Source: a bacterium (lineage in GTDB: Bacteria; UBA8248). Taken from it: a DNA stretch of 64,000 nt. The notes under the pieces are model-generated. The model was given only the letters and a program-made list of their open reading frames with translations. It ran no database searches and had not been told where the DNA came from. The position numbers were made by a program, and so were the translations under genes. Numbering within the stretch: position 1 is the first letter of the stretch; the number at the start of each line of letters is the position of its first letter. The stretch lies in contig OY843592.1 in assembly GCA_963692865.2 (NCBI GenBank), positions 800,001-864,000 of the forward strand. Direction: 5' to 3'. Shown piece by piece: positions 30,155 to 43,384 of this stretch.

Positions 30155-31330
30155 CTACCCGCAGAGTTTCTCCTGCATCCAGTCGAACATGTAGGTCGCC
30201 CCGATGGCGTAGTTGTCGCGCTGGCAGTGCTGGGCGCCGCCTTCCTTCACGGTGAAGACCTTGAGCGTCTTGTCCTTCGAGCCCACGGCGTTATAGAGCG
30301 CCTTGGCGTCTCTGAGCGGAATCTGTTTGTCGTCCGCCCCGTGCGTGACGAGGAAGGGGCACCGCATGTTCTGCACGACGCCGTCGAGCCGGAAGCCCTC
30401 GAGCTTGACCAGGGCGTCGTCGAGCGAGTCGGCGTTCAGGATCCACTGGATGTGATGGCCCGGTACGGAGAGTTCCGCCTTGAACGATGCGTCGATGCGC
30501 TTTTTCCAGGTGGCGTAGTAGTCCCAGATCGCCCCCCAGGCCAGGCACGCCTTGTAGCGCGGCTCCATGCTGGCAATGCGCGGCGCGTAGTAGCCGCCCA
30601 GGCTGATGGCCATGACGCCGGCGTTCTTGGCGTCCACGTCGTTTCTGGTTTCGAGGTAATCGAGCGCCGCCGAGCCCGCCACCTCATAGTCGGGGCGCAG
30701 GTAGATGTTGCGCAGGCGGATGGCCTCGCCCGTGCCGGGGCCGTCCATCACCAGACAGCTCATGCCCCGGCGCACCAGGTCCTCCACGCCGCGCGTGAAC
30801 TGGAGCTCCTTGGTGACGTCGAGCCCGTCGAAGAAGACCACGACGGGGGGTTTTCTCTTCCGCGTGTTCTCGGCATGCACGAGATAGCCGGGGAGTTTCT
30901 TCCTGCCCTCGAAGGGAACTTCCACGGCCTCGATTCGGGGCCTGTCCGTCAGGCGCACGAAGCGGCGGAAGGTGTCGAGCGATTTCTTGAACGTACTGAG
31001 GGCGCGCTTGTCCTTGGGCGTCCGGAAGCGCTCGCCCATCTGGTAGTAGCAGGTGGCGCGCTTGTAGTGGGAGGCGGCGGAGAGGTTGCGCTTCTTGCGC
31101 TCGGCGGCGCGGCCCAGGTCCCTCACGGTGTCGCCCATGCGGTCCCACTCGCGGAACCACAGGTTGTCGTCGCCGAGCTTCTTGTAGAGGCGGCGGCAGA
31201 CCTTGTCGACCTCGCCGATCTCTGTCCCGCCCCACTGCGCGCTCGAGACCATGCCGCAGATGGCGGCCGACCAGCGGTAGTCCTCGGGAAAGTAGGTGAA
31301 CCAGTTCGTGTTCGCGGGTGCTTCGGGCAT
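30155..31330 (-). CDS. Alpha/beta hydrolase, DHPON-hydrolase-like, paralog 3
   Basis: DGLDVTKE, DGPGTGE, SLGGYYAPR, GGAQHCQ; aggagg RBS. Confidence 0.88.
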   Translation of the reverse strand: MPEAPANTNWFTYFPEDYRWSAAICGMVSSAQWGGTEIGEVDKVCRRLYKKLGDDNLWFREWDRMGDTVRDLGRAAERKKRNLSAASHYKRATCYYQMGERFRTPKDKRALSTFKKSLDTFRRFVRLTDRPRIEAVEVPFEGRKKLPGYLVHAENTRKRKPPVVVFFDGLDVTKELQFTRGVEDLVRRGMSCLVMDGPGTGEAIRLRNIYLRPDYEVAGSAALDYLETRNDVDAKNAGVMAISLGGYYAPRIASMEPRYKACLAWGAIWDYYATWKKRIDASFKAELSVPGHHIQWILNADSLDDALVKLEGFRLDGVVQNMRCPFLVTHGADDKQIPLRDAKALYNAVGSKDKTLKVFTVKEGGAQHCQRDNYAIGATYMFDWMQEKLCG

Positions 31331-31504
31331 GGATGGCCTCCTTTGGGCCGCATCCGGGCCGCGCAGGCGCGCATGGACGCCCGGGTCTAAGTCGCGCGGA
31401 TGCGGGTTTTCGGGTTGAATGTAAGCGTGCGGGATCATATCTTTGTTCCACGCTGATAATCAAACCGATGAGCCGACCGCGGGCGTCTCAAGGAGGAGTG
31501 TGTG

Positions 31505-32869
31505 ATGAGCGAAGGAAGCGACTTCCAGAAAGTGCTGGACTACATCGATCAGAACGCGGAGCGCACCGTGGCCGATCTGCAGGAACTCTGCCGCCAGCCG
31601 AGCATCTCGACGACCAACGTGGGCATCAGGGAGATGGCGGCCCTGCTCGAGGCCCGCGTGGCGCGCTCGGGACTCGAGACGACGCTCCATGAGACGGGCG
31701 GCAACCCGATTCTCACGGCGCGCTTGGGAGGCGGGGGAGACAAGACGCTCCTCTTCTACAACCACTACGACGTGCAGCCCGCGGAGCCGCTTTCCGAGTG
31801 GGACACGCCGCCGTTCGAGGCGCATATCGTGGACGGCGCCGTGATCGCGCGGGGCGCGACGGACAACAAGGGCAACATCATGAGCCGACTGGCGGCGTTC
31901 GAGGCGTTTCTCGCGGTGCGCGGCGAGTTGCCGTGTTCGGTCAAGTACATCATCGAGGGCGAGGAGGAGGTGGGAAGCCCCTCGCTCGAACCCTTCGTCA
32001 AGGAAAACGCCGACCTGCTCGCGGCGGACGGCTGCGTCTGGGAGGACAACACCACGCGCGTTGACACCCCCGTGCTTTCGCTCGGCAACAAGGGGCTTTG
32101 CTACATGGAGCTCACCTGCCGGACGGCGAACGTGGATTTCCACAGCTCGAACGCCCAGATATACGAGAACGCGGCCTGGCGGATGACGTGGGCGCTCTCG
32201 ACCATGAAGGACCAGGACGAGAACGTGCTCGTCGAGGGGTTTTATGACGACGTGCTGCCGATCACCGAGATCGAGGACGAGCTCATCCGCCGCGTGCTGC
32301 CCTACAACGGGGCGGAACGGGTCGAGAAGTTCGAGTTGCGAAAATTTCTCCTCGACATGAAGGACGAGGACCTCCCCCGCCGCCACCTCGCGAACCCGAC
32401 CTTCAACATCGCCGGTTTCGACGGCGGCTACACCGGCGATGGGGTGAAGACCATCGTCTCCGCGCGCGCGCGGGCCAAGATAGACTGCCGCCTCGTGCCG
32501 AACCAGGACCCTTACAAGATAAGGGACTGCGTGCGCGCGCACCTGGACAGGCACGGCTTCGAGGACATCGGCGTGGAGCTCCTGTTCACCTCCTACCCGG
32601 CGAAGAGCGACCCCGAGGCCGACATCGTGAAGGCGTGCAACGCGGCGTCGCACAGACTCTACGGGGAAGACGCCATCATCAACCCCTTCGGCAACGGCAG
32701 CACGCCGACGTATATCGTCTTGAAGCATCTGGGGGTTCCGCTTTCCTCCACCGGCGTGGGCCGCATCACCTCGCGCACGCACAGCGCGAACGAGAACCTG
32801 AAAGTCGCGGACCTGATCGACGGGGCCAAGTGGATGGCCGCCATCTGCGAGGAGTTCAGCCGGTTATAG
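31505..32869 (+). CDS. M20 family metallopeptidase/dipeptidase
   Basis: YNHYDVQP, ARGATDNKG, EGEEEVGSP, HSANEN. Confidence 0.92.
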   Translation: MSEGSDFQKVLDYIDQNAERTVADLQELCRQPSISTTNVGIREMAALLEARVARSGLETTLHETGGNPILTARLGGGGDKTLLFYNHYDVQPAEPLSEWDTPPFEAHIVDGAVIARGATDNKGNIMSRLAAFEAFLAVRGELPCSVKYIIEGEEEVGSPSLEPFVKENADLLAADGCVWEDNTTRVDTPVLSLGNKGLCYMELTCRTANVDFHSSNAQIYENAAWRMTWALSTMKDQDENVLVEGFYDDVLPITEIEDELIRRVLPYNGAERVEKFELRKFLLDMKDEDLPRRHLANPTFNIAGFDGGYTGDGVKTIVSARARAKIDCRLVPNQDPYKIRDCVRAHLDRHGFEDIGVELLFTSYPAKSDPEADIVKACNAASHRLYGEDAIINPFGNGSTPTYIVLKHLGVPLSSTGVGRITSRTHSANENLKVADLIDGAKWMAAICEEFSRL

Positions 32870-32940
32870 AGTGAGTTCATGGGGGCCGCGTCTGCGCGCC
32901 CGTTTCTGGAATTGTGGAACCACGCACACAGGAGAAGAAG

Positions 32941-33336
32941 ATGCACGTTTTCGATCTGGAAAAGGAAAAGGAATTCAGCACCGAAAAGCACGTGGAGAAG
33001 ATTCTGGGCCGCTACGAGGAGGGCGACGTGACGGTGGCCTGCTGGGAGCCCGGCCAGGTGAGCCCCTACCACTGCCATCCCTACGCGACGGAGATCTATT
33101 TCTGCTACAAGGGCGGCGGCAGGATGAAGACCCCCACCGGCGAGGTCGACGTGATCCCCGGTTCCTTCATCGTCCATCCCCCGGGCGAGCTCCATGAGTA
33201 CACGAACGGCTCGGAGCGCACGCTCCTCTACCGGGTGCGCTACGGGGGAGACAAGGTCTCGCGCCACAAGGAATGGCCCACCAACCCGAACTGGAAGGCC
33301 AGGCCCGAGGACGAAGAGTATTTCAAGGGCGAGTAG
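32941..33336 (+). CDS. Cupin domain protein
   Basis: HCHP..TEIY, PPGELH. Confidence 0.85.
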   Translation: MHVFDLEKEKEFSTEKHVEKILGRYEEGDVTVACWEPGQVSPYHCHPYATEIYFCYKGGGRMKTPTGEVDVIPGSFIVHPPGELHEYTNGSERTLLYRVRYGGDKVSRHKEWPTNPNWKARPEDEEYFKGE

Positions 33337-33339
33337 GCG

Positions 33340-33700
33340 TCCATGAATCGAAGGGGCGGTTCGAGAACGGTCCCTGCAAAACCCGCAAACCCTACCAATT
33401 GCCGATATGCGCGCGGAGTAGGGACAACCCCTCCTCGGGGTTGTCCTGCCCCCGTGGTTGTCCCTTGCAGAACGCACCATCGGACAGGCACGGGGGCCTG
33501 TCCCTACAAACGAGAGAAGGTCTTGATCGTCATTCCGGCCTTGAGCCGGAATCGATTTGCGGGTGCGGGTGAATGAACGACGGCGTTTCAATTCCCGCCG
33601 ATGTGCGGGAATCCTGACGAAAGGCAAAAGACATAAAATGGATTCCGGCTCAAGGCCGGAATGACGGCAATCCTGGCAATCCAGGGTTTTCAACAGTTCC
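33340..33700. repeat. REP cluster (GTAGGGACA and GTCATTCCGGC types)
   Basis: gtagggacaacc...gcctgtccctac; gtcattccggccttgagccggaatc...ggattccggctcaaggccggaatgac. Confidence 0.7.
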
Positions 33701-34023
33701 TTGAGGGTTGCCGGCAACTGATGAAGAAGGAAGAATCATTCCCCCCTTGAGGGGGTCGGGCTTCCCGAGGGGAAAGCCCGACAGAGGCCGAGCGGTTTGT
33801 GCGAAGGCCGATGTGGTGGGGGACATACCACAGGGTAAAATCTCCCCCCACCAGTTCGCTTTCGGGCTTACGCCTTCAGCTCACTGTCGGCCTTCCCGAG
33901 GAGGAAAGATGGGGTAATCGGGTTGGTCTGCGAACTACCGCGTGTGGCGGATGTTCCTCTGCCTTATGATTCGAGGCGAGGCCGGGATGGTCCGGTCTCT
34001 ACGCGCCCGCAGGAGGAGCAGTC

Positions 34024-35064
34024 ATGAACTACTTTGCAGGACTCGACGTGTCGTTGGAGTGGACGAGTGTGTGCGTGGTGGACGCGGAGGGCGGGATCGT
34101 CCGGGAGGCGAAGGTCGCGAGCGAACCCGCGGCCCTCGTGGCGTTCTTCACCGGACTGGCCTTCGGCGTAACGCGCATCTGCCTGGAGGCGGGGCCGCTG
34201 TCACAGTGGCTCCATGACGGTCTGGCCGAGGCCGGGTTCCCGGTGGTTTGCGCCGAGACGCGGCAACTGAAGGCGGTGCTCTCGGCGACGGTGAACAAGA
34301 GCGACCGCGACGACGCGCGCGGCATCGCCCAGTTGGTTCGCGCGAACCTGATTCGCCCGGTGCACGTGAAGACGGTGTCGAGCCAGGAAAAACGCATGCT
34401 CCTCGCCAACCGCAGGTTCATGCTGAAGCAGTTGTGCGACGCCGAGGCCCACATCCGGGGCACGCTGCGCAACTTCGGGCTGAAGATGGGCAAGGTCACC
34501 CGTCGCGGTTTGGAGGCGCGTGTAGGGTGTCTGGTCGCGGAGCGCCCGGAGTTGGCGCGCCTGGTGGCGCCGATGCTGCGGGCTCGCTCTGCGCTGCTGG
34601 CGGAATACGTCCGGCTGCACAGGATGATGCTGGAGGCGGCGCGAGCCGATCCGGTCTGCCGGCGCCTGATGACGGTTCCCGGCGTGGGTCCGGTGACGGC
34701 GCTCACCTTCCGGGCGAGCGTCGACGTGCCATCGCGTTTTGCGCGCTCGCGCTCGGTGGGCGCGCACTTCGGGCTTGTGCCTCGCAAATGGCAATCCGGA
34801 GAGGTCGACCGCACGGGAAGCATCTCCAAATGCGGCGACGCGATGATGCGCGCGGCGCTCTACGAAGCCGCCAACGTCTTGCTCGGGCGCACGACGCGGT
34901 GGTCATGGCTGAAAGCCTGGGCGATGGGTGTGGCGAAGCGTCGCGGCAAGTCGCGCGCGAAGGTTGCGCTCGCCCGCCGGCTCGGCGTCATCATGCACCG
35001 CATGTGGATGGATGGCAGTGAGTTCCGCTGGAAGCGCGACGGCGCGGATGCTTCGGCTGCCTGA
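34024..35064 (+). CDS. IS110-family DEDD transposase/recombinase
   Basis: GLDVS, LEAG, KSDRDDA, VPGVG, GLVP..QSGE, ISKCGD; aggagg RBS. Confidence 0.95.
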   Translation: MNYFAGLDVSLEWTSVCVVDAEGGIVREAKVASEPAALVAFFTGLAFGVTRICLEAGPLSQWLHDGLAEAGFPVVCAETRQLKAVLSATVNKSDRDDARGIAQLVRANLIRPVHVKTVSSQEKRMLLANRRFMLKQLCDAEAHIRGTLRNFGLKMGKVTRRGLEARVGCLVAERPELARLVAPMLRARSALLAEYVRLHRMMLEAARADPVCRRLMTVPGVGPVTALTFRASVDVPSRFARSRSVGAHFGLVPRKWQSGEVDRTGSISKCGDAMMRAALYEAANVLLGRTTRWSWLKAWAMGVAKRRGKSRAKVALARRLGVIMHRMWMDGSEFRWKRDGADASAA

Positions 35065-35099
35065 GGTCGAGACACTGAAGAAGGAGGACCACAGACAAA

Positions 35100-35350
35100 C
35101 CCTGTAGCTTCCGCCTCGGCGGGGGATGCTCCCGTGGGGACGAGGGACGAAGTGAGTACGCTGTCGGCCTAGCCCCGCTGCGTCGGTGACGATGCGAGGG
35201 CGCAGGAAAGATTGTTCCACTTCGTTCTCCGATCCCATCCTGTTGACGGCCCCCGGCTCGGGAGTCGATCACGAAGAGAAGCGAGACCCCCATGGAGCGT
35301 CATCTGCAGCCAAAGGCGGAACAGGTCTGACAGAACCAGGGGAGAGGAAC
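35100..35350 (+). ncRNA. Predicted seekRNA/bridge RNA in the IS right non-coding region (ends approximate)
   Basis: Stem acgaagtg (35147-54)/cacttcgt (35218-25) encloses gtcggcct and aggaaag, which match the two target strands; cccatc and agagaag match the donor junction. Confidence 0.65.
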
Positions 35351-35492
35351 TTGACTTGCCCTACCCGATTAGAGAAGGCCGACCCTCAAGGGGGGAGTGA
35401 TTTCCACTCTCGTCGGAAGGCAAGAACCCTCAAGGGGGGAGTGAATTTCTTCTCTACTCGGTCGGGTTCGGCCCCCCACCCGGAGTGCGCCC

Positions 35493-36281
35493 GTGAGCGA
35501 TACGATGGATTTCGATGAGCGCGCCTCGCGCCAGGCCGAGGTCATGTACCTGACGCCGGACTTGACCGAGGTGAGACGCCGGACGATAGAGGCGCTCGGT
35601 CTCACCTCCGGCGCGCGCGTCCTGGACGTGGGTTCCGGCCCCGGCCTCTTCGCCGACGAGATAGCGCAGACGGTCGGCCCGACGGGTTGCGTGCGCGGGG
35701 TGGATATCAGCGAGTCGATGATCGGGCTCGCCCGGGCGCGATGCGCCGATAAGCCCTGGGTCGACTTTCAAATCGCCGACGCCGTATCACTTCCCTTCGA
35801 AGATGAGTATTTCGACGCCTGCGTGAGCGTGCAGACGCTCGAGTTCGTGGCTGACTTGGATGCGGCCTTGCGCGAGATGCACCGCGTATTGAAGCCCGGT
35901 GGACGACTCGCGGTGAGCGACGCCGACTGGGGCGCCACGTCGTGGCGCTGTGAGGATGCGGCGCTCTGCGAGCGGGTGATGGCCAGCTGGCTTGCGGGCT
36001 TCGCCCACCTGAGGCTGCCGCTCACGCTCAAGCCCGGGATCGAGGCGGCGGGCTTCGCCGATGTTTCCGCCCGCGCGATCCCCGTTCTCAACACCGCCTG
36101 CGAACCCGAGAGCTTCAGTTTTCAATTCATTCGTCAGGTTCAGGGCGTCGTCCCCGCCAGGACGGACCTGACGCAAGAGGAAGTAGACGCATGGGCGAGT
36201 GAATTGCGCGGCCTGGACGAGAGGGGCGCATATTTTTTCTCGCAGACGAGATATCTGTTCTCAGCCGATAAGCCGCGCTGA
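35493..36281 (+). CDS. Class I SAM-dependent methyltransferase (UbiE-like)
   Basis: VLDVGSGPG, LPFEDEYFD, RVLKPGG. Confidence 0.88.
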   Translation: MSDTMDFDERASRQAEVMYLTPDLTEVRRRTIEALGLTSGARVLDVGSGPGLFADEIAQTVGPTGCVRGVDISESMIGLARARCADKPWVDFQIADAVSLPFEDEYFDACVSVQTLEFVADLDAALREMHRVLKPGGRLAVSDADWGATSWRCEDAALCERVMASWLAGFAHLRLPLTLKPGIEAAGFADVSARAIPVLNTACEPESFSFQFIRQVQGVVPARTDLTQEEVDAWASELRGLDERGAYFFSQTRYLFSADKPR

Positions 36282-36282
36282 A

Positions 36283-36999
36283 TCAACTCTCTTTCGGCTT
36301 AAACTTCTTGTAGACCACGGGGATGAGCGAGAGAACCGCGAGACCCACCAGGGCGATCATGACCTGGGGCGTCAGGATCCCCTTGGCGGAGAACTCGCCT
36401 CCCGCCTCGAATATGCTGCCGAGGCCCGCGCCCACCGAGGCGAAGACGAACGATCCGGGAATGATGCCCAACAACGTGCCGATAACGTAGACGCTCGGGG
36501 ACACCCCCAGAAAGGCGGGCACGAGGTTCACCACGAAAAAGGGGAACAGGGGCACGAGCCTTAAAACCAGCAGGTAGCTCAGCGCGTTTTCCTGAAAGCC
36601 TTCCTCCATCTTCTGGAGCCAGGGGCCGGCCTTCGCCCGCAGGGGGTCGCCGAGCGAGGTCTTGGCCGCGATGAAGAGAATCGTCGCCCCCGCCGTCGCG
36701 CCCACGACGATGTAGAGCGCGCCCCAGACGGTCCCGAACAGAAAACCGCCCGTGATGCTCATCACCGCCCCGCCGGGAAGGGAGAATATCGTCACCGCCG
36801 CGTAGACGAGCATGTAGGCGACCACGGCGAGCGCGCCGTTGGCGCGCACCCATGTCTTCAATGCCTCCTGGTTTTCCCGCAGGGTTTCGAAGGAGAGGTA
36901 GCGCCCCAGGCCCGAGTAGAAGAAGGCGACGATCACGAGGACCAGAATCAGCGGGATGATGAAGTTTTTATACGATAATTTTCTTTCGGATTCGCTCAT
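36283..36999 (-). CDS. TVP38/TMEM64 (DedA/VTT) membrane protein
   Basis: LPGG...GGFLFG, LRLVPLFPFFVVN, GIIPG. Confidence 0.88.
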   Translation of the reverse strand: MSESERKLSYKNFIIPLILVLVIVAFFYSGLGRYLSFETLRENQEALKTWVRANGALAVVAYMLVYAAVTIFSLPGGAVMSITGGFLFGTVWGALYIVVGATAGATILFIAAKTSLGDPLRAKAGPWLQKMEEGFQENALSYLLVLRLVPLFPFFVVNLVPAFLGVSPSVYVIGTLLGIIPGSFVFASVGAGLGSIFEAGGEFSAKGILTPQVMIALVGLAVLSLIPVVYKKFKPKES

Positions 37000-37145
37000 T
37001 TTCGGCCGGTTGCTTTCCAGGTTTGGGGTTGTGGCGCGAGAGGAGGCGGCTGCCTCGAATGGTTCCCGATCCGACGCATGGCGTCCGAACCGCGCTTCGC
37101 TTCTATCACATTTCGCGCGCGGGTGAAATCGCCCCGCGTTTTTGA

Positions 37146-37493
37146 GGGTTGTCGAAAAAGCCTCTCCTCGCTTGTAATTGACCACCACCGTCATTCCGGC
37201 AAATGTCGGAATCCAGAGCAGACGGGGACACCGAATCGCAGGACGACCCCTAAAAACGATAAAGCGAAAAGACAAATACAAAAGAAAAGTCCCTGGATTC
37301 CGGCATTTGCCGGAATGACGATCAAAAGCGAGGAGCAAAACCACCATCCCTCCTCGGTCGAGAGGGCATCCTTCGATACGGCGCTTACGCGCCTACTCAG
37401 GATGAGGCAGGTGGGGGGACGGCGAAGCCTGCCCTGAGCCTGTCGAAGGGCCGCTACTCAGGATGAGGCGGCGAAGGGTTTTTCAACAACCCC
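37146..37493. mobile_element. MITE-like TIR element carrying REP hairpins
   Basis: gggttgtcgaaaaag ... tttttcaacaacccc; internal gtcattccggc...ggaatgac. Confidence 0.55.
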
Positions 37494-37563
37494 TTGTGCC
37501 AGGGGTGGCGATATCCGCGCGATTGCGAGAAAATGACCTTTTACGTCGATTGGGAGCGAATCG

Positions 37564-38028
37564 GTGAACCCGAGACTGAGGCCGTATCAGACATACGGAA
37601 TCACCCTGCTTCGCGTTTCTCTGGGCGTCTACTACGTTCTCCACGCCTATTACGGTTTTCTGGTGGTCGGCGTGGAGCGCTTAGCCGCCCTCAACGCGTC
37701 GATGGGCGTTCCTCTGCCGGCCTTCGGCGCGTGGGCCGTCGTGCTGGGTCATCTGGTCGGCGGAGCGCTGCTGATCATCGGGTTCTACGCCCGTCTCGGC
37801 GCCTTGATGAACGCTCTCATCATGGCGGGCGCGGCCTTGCTGGTGCATTTCGACCAGGGTTTTTTCATGCGCGGGATCGTCACGAACCCGAAGACCGGCG
37901 CCGCCGCCGCCGGGGGATACGAATACGCCCTCTTCCTTCTTCTCGCCACGGTCGCGGCGCTCTTCCTCGGAAGCGGCCCCCTCTCCCTCGACGCCGGCGC
38001 GAGAAGCAGAATGCGTATGGGGGAGTAG
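37564..38028 (+). CDS. DoxX family membrane protein
   Basis: LLRV.LG...H, GGYEY, GSGPLSLD. Confidence 0.85.
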   Translation: MNPRLRPYQTYGITLLRVSLGVYYVLHAYYGFLVVGVERLAALNASMGVPLPAFGAWAVVLGHLVGGALLIIGFYARLGALMNALIMAGAALLVHFDQGFFMRGIVTNPKTGAAAAGGYEYALFLLLATVAALFLGSGPLSLDAGARSRMRMGE

Positions 38029-38117
38029 GAAACTACCCTAAGTTCAGAAGTCTCACATCACCGATGAAACTTTCGAGGGACATCGATTCGGGGCGGGAAG
38101 GCGGCCCTGGCGGCATT

Positions 38118-41248
<3,131 letters not shown>

Positions 41249-41252
<4 letters not shown>

Positions 41253-41899
41253 TCATCTTCTCCAATGCCTCCAGCGTGATTTCCCAAAAGCCGGATGCCT
41301 AAATCTCGATATGCGACCGGATCGATAGAGAATAGAAGTTCACTTGCGTAGTATTCTTCTTCGCAAACTTGAATTAATCCATATATGCCATCGATTGCGA
41401 TGTCGAAGCGTCGTTCGGGATTTGGAGATGCAGACTGCAACCTTGCGAGTATTTCTTTCTCAAGTTCTTCTTCCGCGTTTGGCACATCGAATAAAAAACC
41501 AAAAATCCAGAGCGAACTCTTGCGAATAATCTGCAATACTTGGATTTCAGGTGTACCCTTATGACCTCCGTGATATTGCTCGTTCCTATGTTCATGTGCC
41601 CAAATGACAGATGCTCGATCTATCCCTAACTGAACTGAGCGACTTTGGCATTCATGTTCTATGAAATCGAGCTTGGTATGATAGGTTTTCAACCATTGGT
41701 CAACTTGGGCGCGTTGATATTCACGATTGCTTCTCTGAATAGGATGCAATGAAAGATAAGTTGAGATCGCTACTTCAATAGCATTGTCAAAAGAGATTAG
41801 CGCAATGCGACGATCAAAGTCGTCACCATTTTGCAGATGGCCTTCTGCATGAAGCAGCAGTTCGAATGGCCCTTGGGCCCACGGATGAATAGTACTCAT
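41249..41899 (-). CDS. Low-GC protein with a HEPN-like Rx4H motif, inside the R-M operon
   Basis: [12 protein letters not shown] helix and RNEQYH; stop overlaps the hsdR start (ATGA). Confidence 0.6.
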
Positions 41900-41951
41900 T
41901 GTAATATACTCAAAATTTATTGTTAAAGTAGCGTAAACACGGGTTTGATCA

Positions 41952-43193
41952 TCAGACCACCCTAGCGAGAAACGCCTCGGCATCTTTAATCTGCAATTCG
42001 CCCGACACCAGCTTCGGAAGTAACGCATCATGAAGGCTGGTTAGTATTTTCGTCTCGTTCTGAGCCTGCGCTAAACGTCGGAACAAAGATTCCAAAAACT
42101 TGCGAAATGTTTCAAGGATTGAATCAACTGGTGCGATTAAATTCATCGCACCCAAATCAGAGTTCGAGATAAAGGGTTGAGCTGCTCCCTTCTTGATCAA
42201 ATCTATATCCAAGTTTCTAAGAGAAAGTAATAACCATTCTCCCGAAATACCTTCATTTTGCGCAATAATTGAAGCATTGTTGTTGATCCATGCTCGTCCT
42301 TGGTATGAGAAAAACTGTCCACAATAGGCCCCAACCCTGCCAACTGTTATGACATCCCCATCGGCGTTGTAGTCATCTGTGTACCCCATTAGACCAGCAC
42401 CGCCGAATACCGGCACTGATCCATTGTCAACGAACTTATCTTTTGGAAGCTGCTTACCTCCTTTTATCGAAGCAAAATCCGACACGACTTTCACCTCCCA
42501 TCCCTCCGGTATCTTACCCAATTCGGAATCCACCAGCTGATCGGGGAAGAGGTCGGCGATGTGCCTGGGCAGTCCGGTGTCAAGGCCTGCCATTTTGGCG
42601 CGGACTGGGTCGAAATCCACGAACCACGACTTGAACAGCGCGCGCGCCGTCGACTCTAGGGTCTCATTTATCTGGTGATTAAGTTCTATTTTGTCGTCCA
42701 GCGTTCCGAGGACATGCGCGATGGCACGCTGTTCGGAGAGGGGAGGAAGGAGGAATCGCAATTCGTCGAGGGTTTGTAGGTTTATGTTGTCTTGTACACT
42801 GCCAGTCCCAACATTCTCCTGCTGAATCTTATTTCGGAGGAGACGAAATGTGTACTCTACAAACCGGACATCGCAAATGGATTCATTGGCAATGAACCCA
42901 ATTACACTATCAGGAAAACAAGCTGGGTAAGTAAGAATAGCCGTCTCGGCAATGTTAGCTGCAATGGTAATAACCATCGTGTTGATGGGCCATAGACGAC
43001 TCTGCGCCAGTCCAACTTCGTTGTAAGTTTGTTTATGAGAGGTGATTCTACCCCCAGAAGATTTGATATCACCCGTCTGAACGAAGGGGTACGGACCACC
43101 ATAAAGCTTGGGAGCATTTCTAGGGCGATGTCTCGATCGACCTCGATTTACTTCTCCCAACTCTCCAAGTTTTACCTCACGCCAATTGCTCAT
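41952..43193 (-). CDS. hsdS: Type I R-M specificity subunit
   Basis: PPLSEQRAIA..L..LDDKIELN, LFKSWFVDF, LHDALLPKLVSGE; two AT-rich TRDs. Confidence 0.92.
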   Translation of the reverse strand: MSNWREVKLGELGEVNRGRSRHRPRNAPKLYGGPYPFVQTGDIKSSGGRITSHKQTYNEVGLAQSRLWPINTMVITIAANIAETAILTYPACFPDSVIGFIANESICDVRFVEYTFRLLRNKIQQENVGTGSVQDNINLQTLDELRFLLPPLSEQRAIAHVLGTLDDKIELNHQINETLESTARALFKSWFVDFDPVRAKMAGLDTGLPRHIADLFPDQLVDSELGKIPEGWEVKVVSDFASIKGGKQLPKDKFVDNGSVPVFGGAGLMGYTDDYNADGDVITVGRVGAYCGQFFSYQGRAWINNNASIIAQNEGISGEWLLLSLRNLDIDLIKKGAAQPFISNSDLGAMNLIAPVDSILETFRKFLESLFRRLAQAQNETKILTSLHDALLPKLVSGELQIKDAEAFLARVV

Positions 43194-43303
43194 CAACCCC
43201 GAATCCCACTTAGCGGACGATTTGTCCTTTCTTGTCAGCAACACATAATTCCTCTCTATCCCCTTCCGAAAAACTCTCGGACGCGCTCACCTAGTCCACG
43301 ACA

Positions 43304-43384
43304 TCAACCTTTCGGCTTCTTGCGTTCGAATATGACGTCATAGCGCCGAATGCCGTAGAAGTATTTCCCGGCTTCAAGACGCAT
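43304..43384 (-). pseudogene. Truncated HepT/DUF86 toxin remnant
   Basis: MRLEAGKYFYGIRR... resembles a DUF86 N-terminus, overlaps the MNT stop and ends after 26 aa. Confidence 0.55.

Larger units (their letters stand above)
33909..35377 (+). mobile_element. IS1111-type insertion sequence (IS110 superfamily)
   Basis: Subterminal inverted repeats taatcgggt (33915-33923) and acccgatta (35363-35371). An AAG core lies at both junctions (33906-33908, 35375-35377). Removing the element restores the hairpin gtcggccttcccgaggaggaaaggccgac. Confidence 0.88.
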
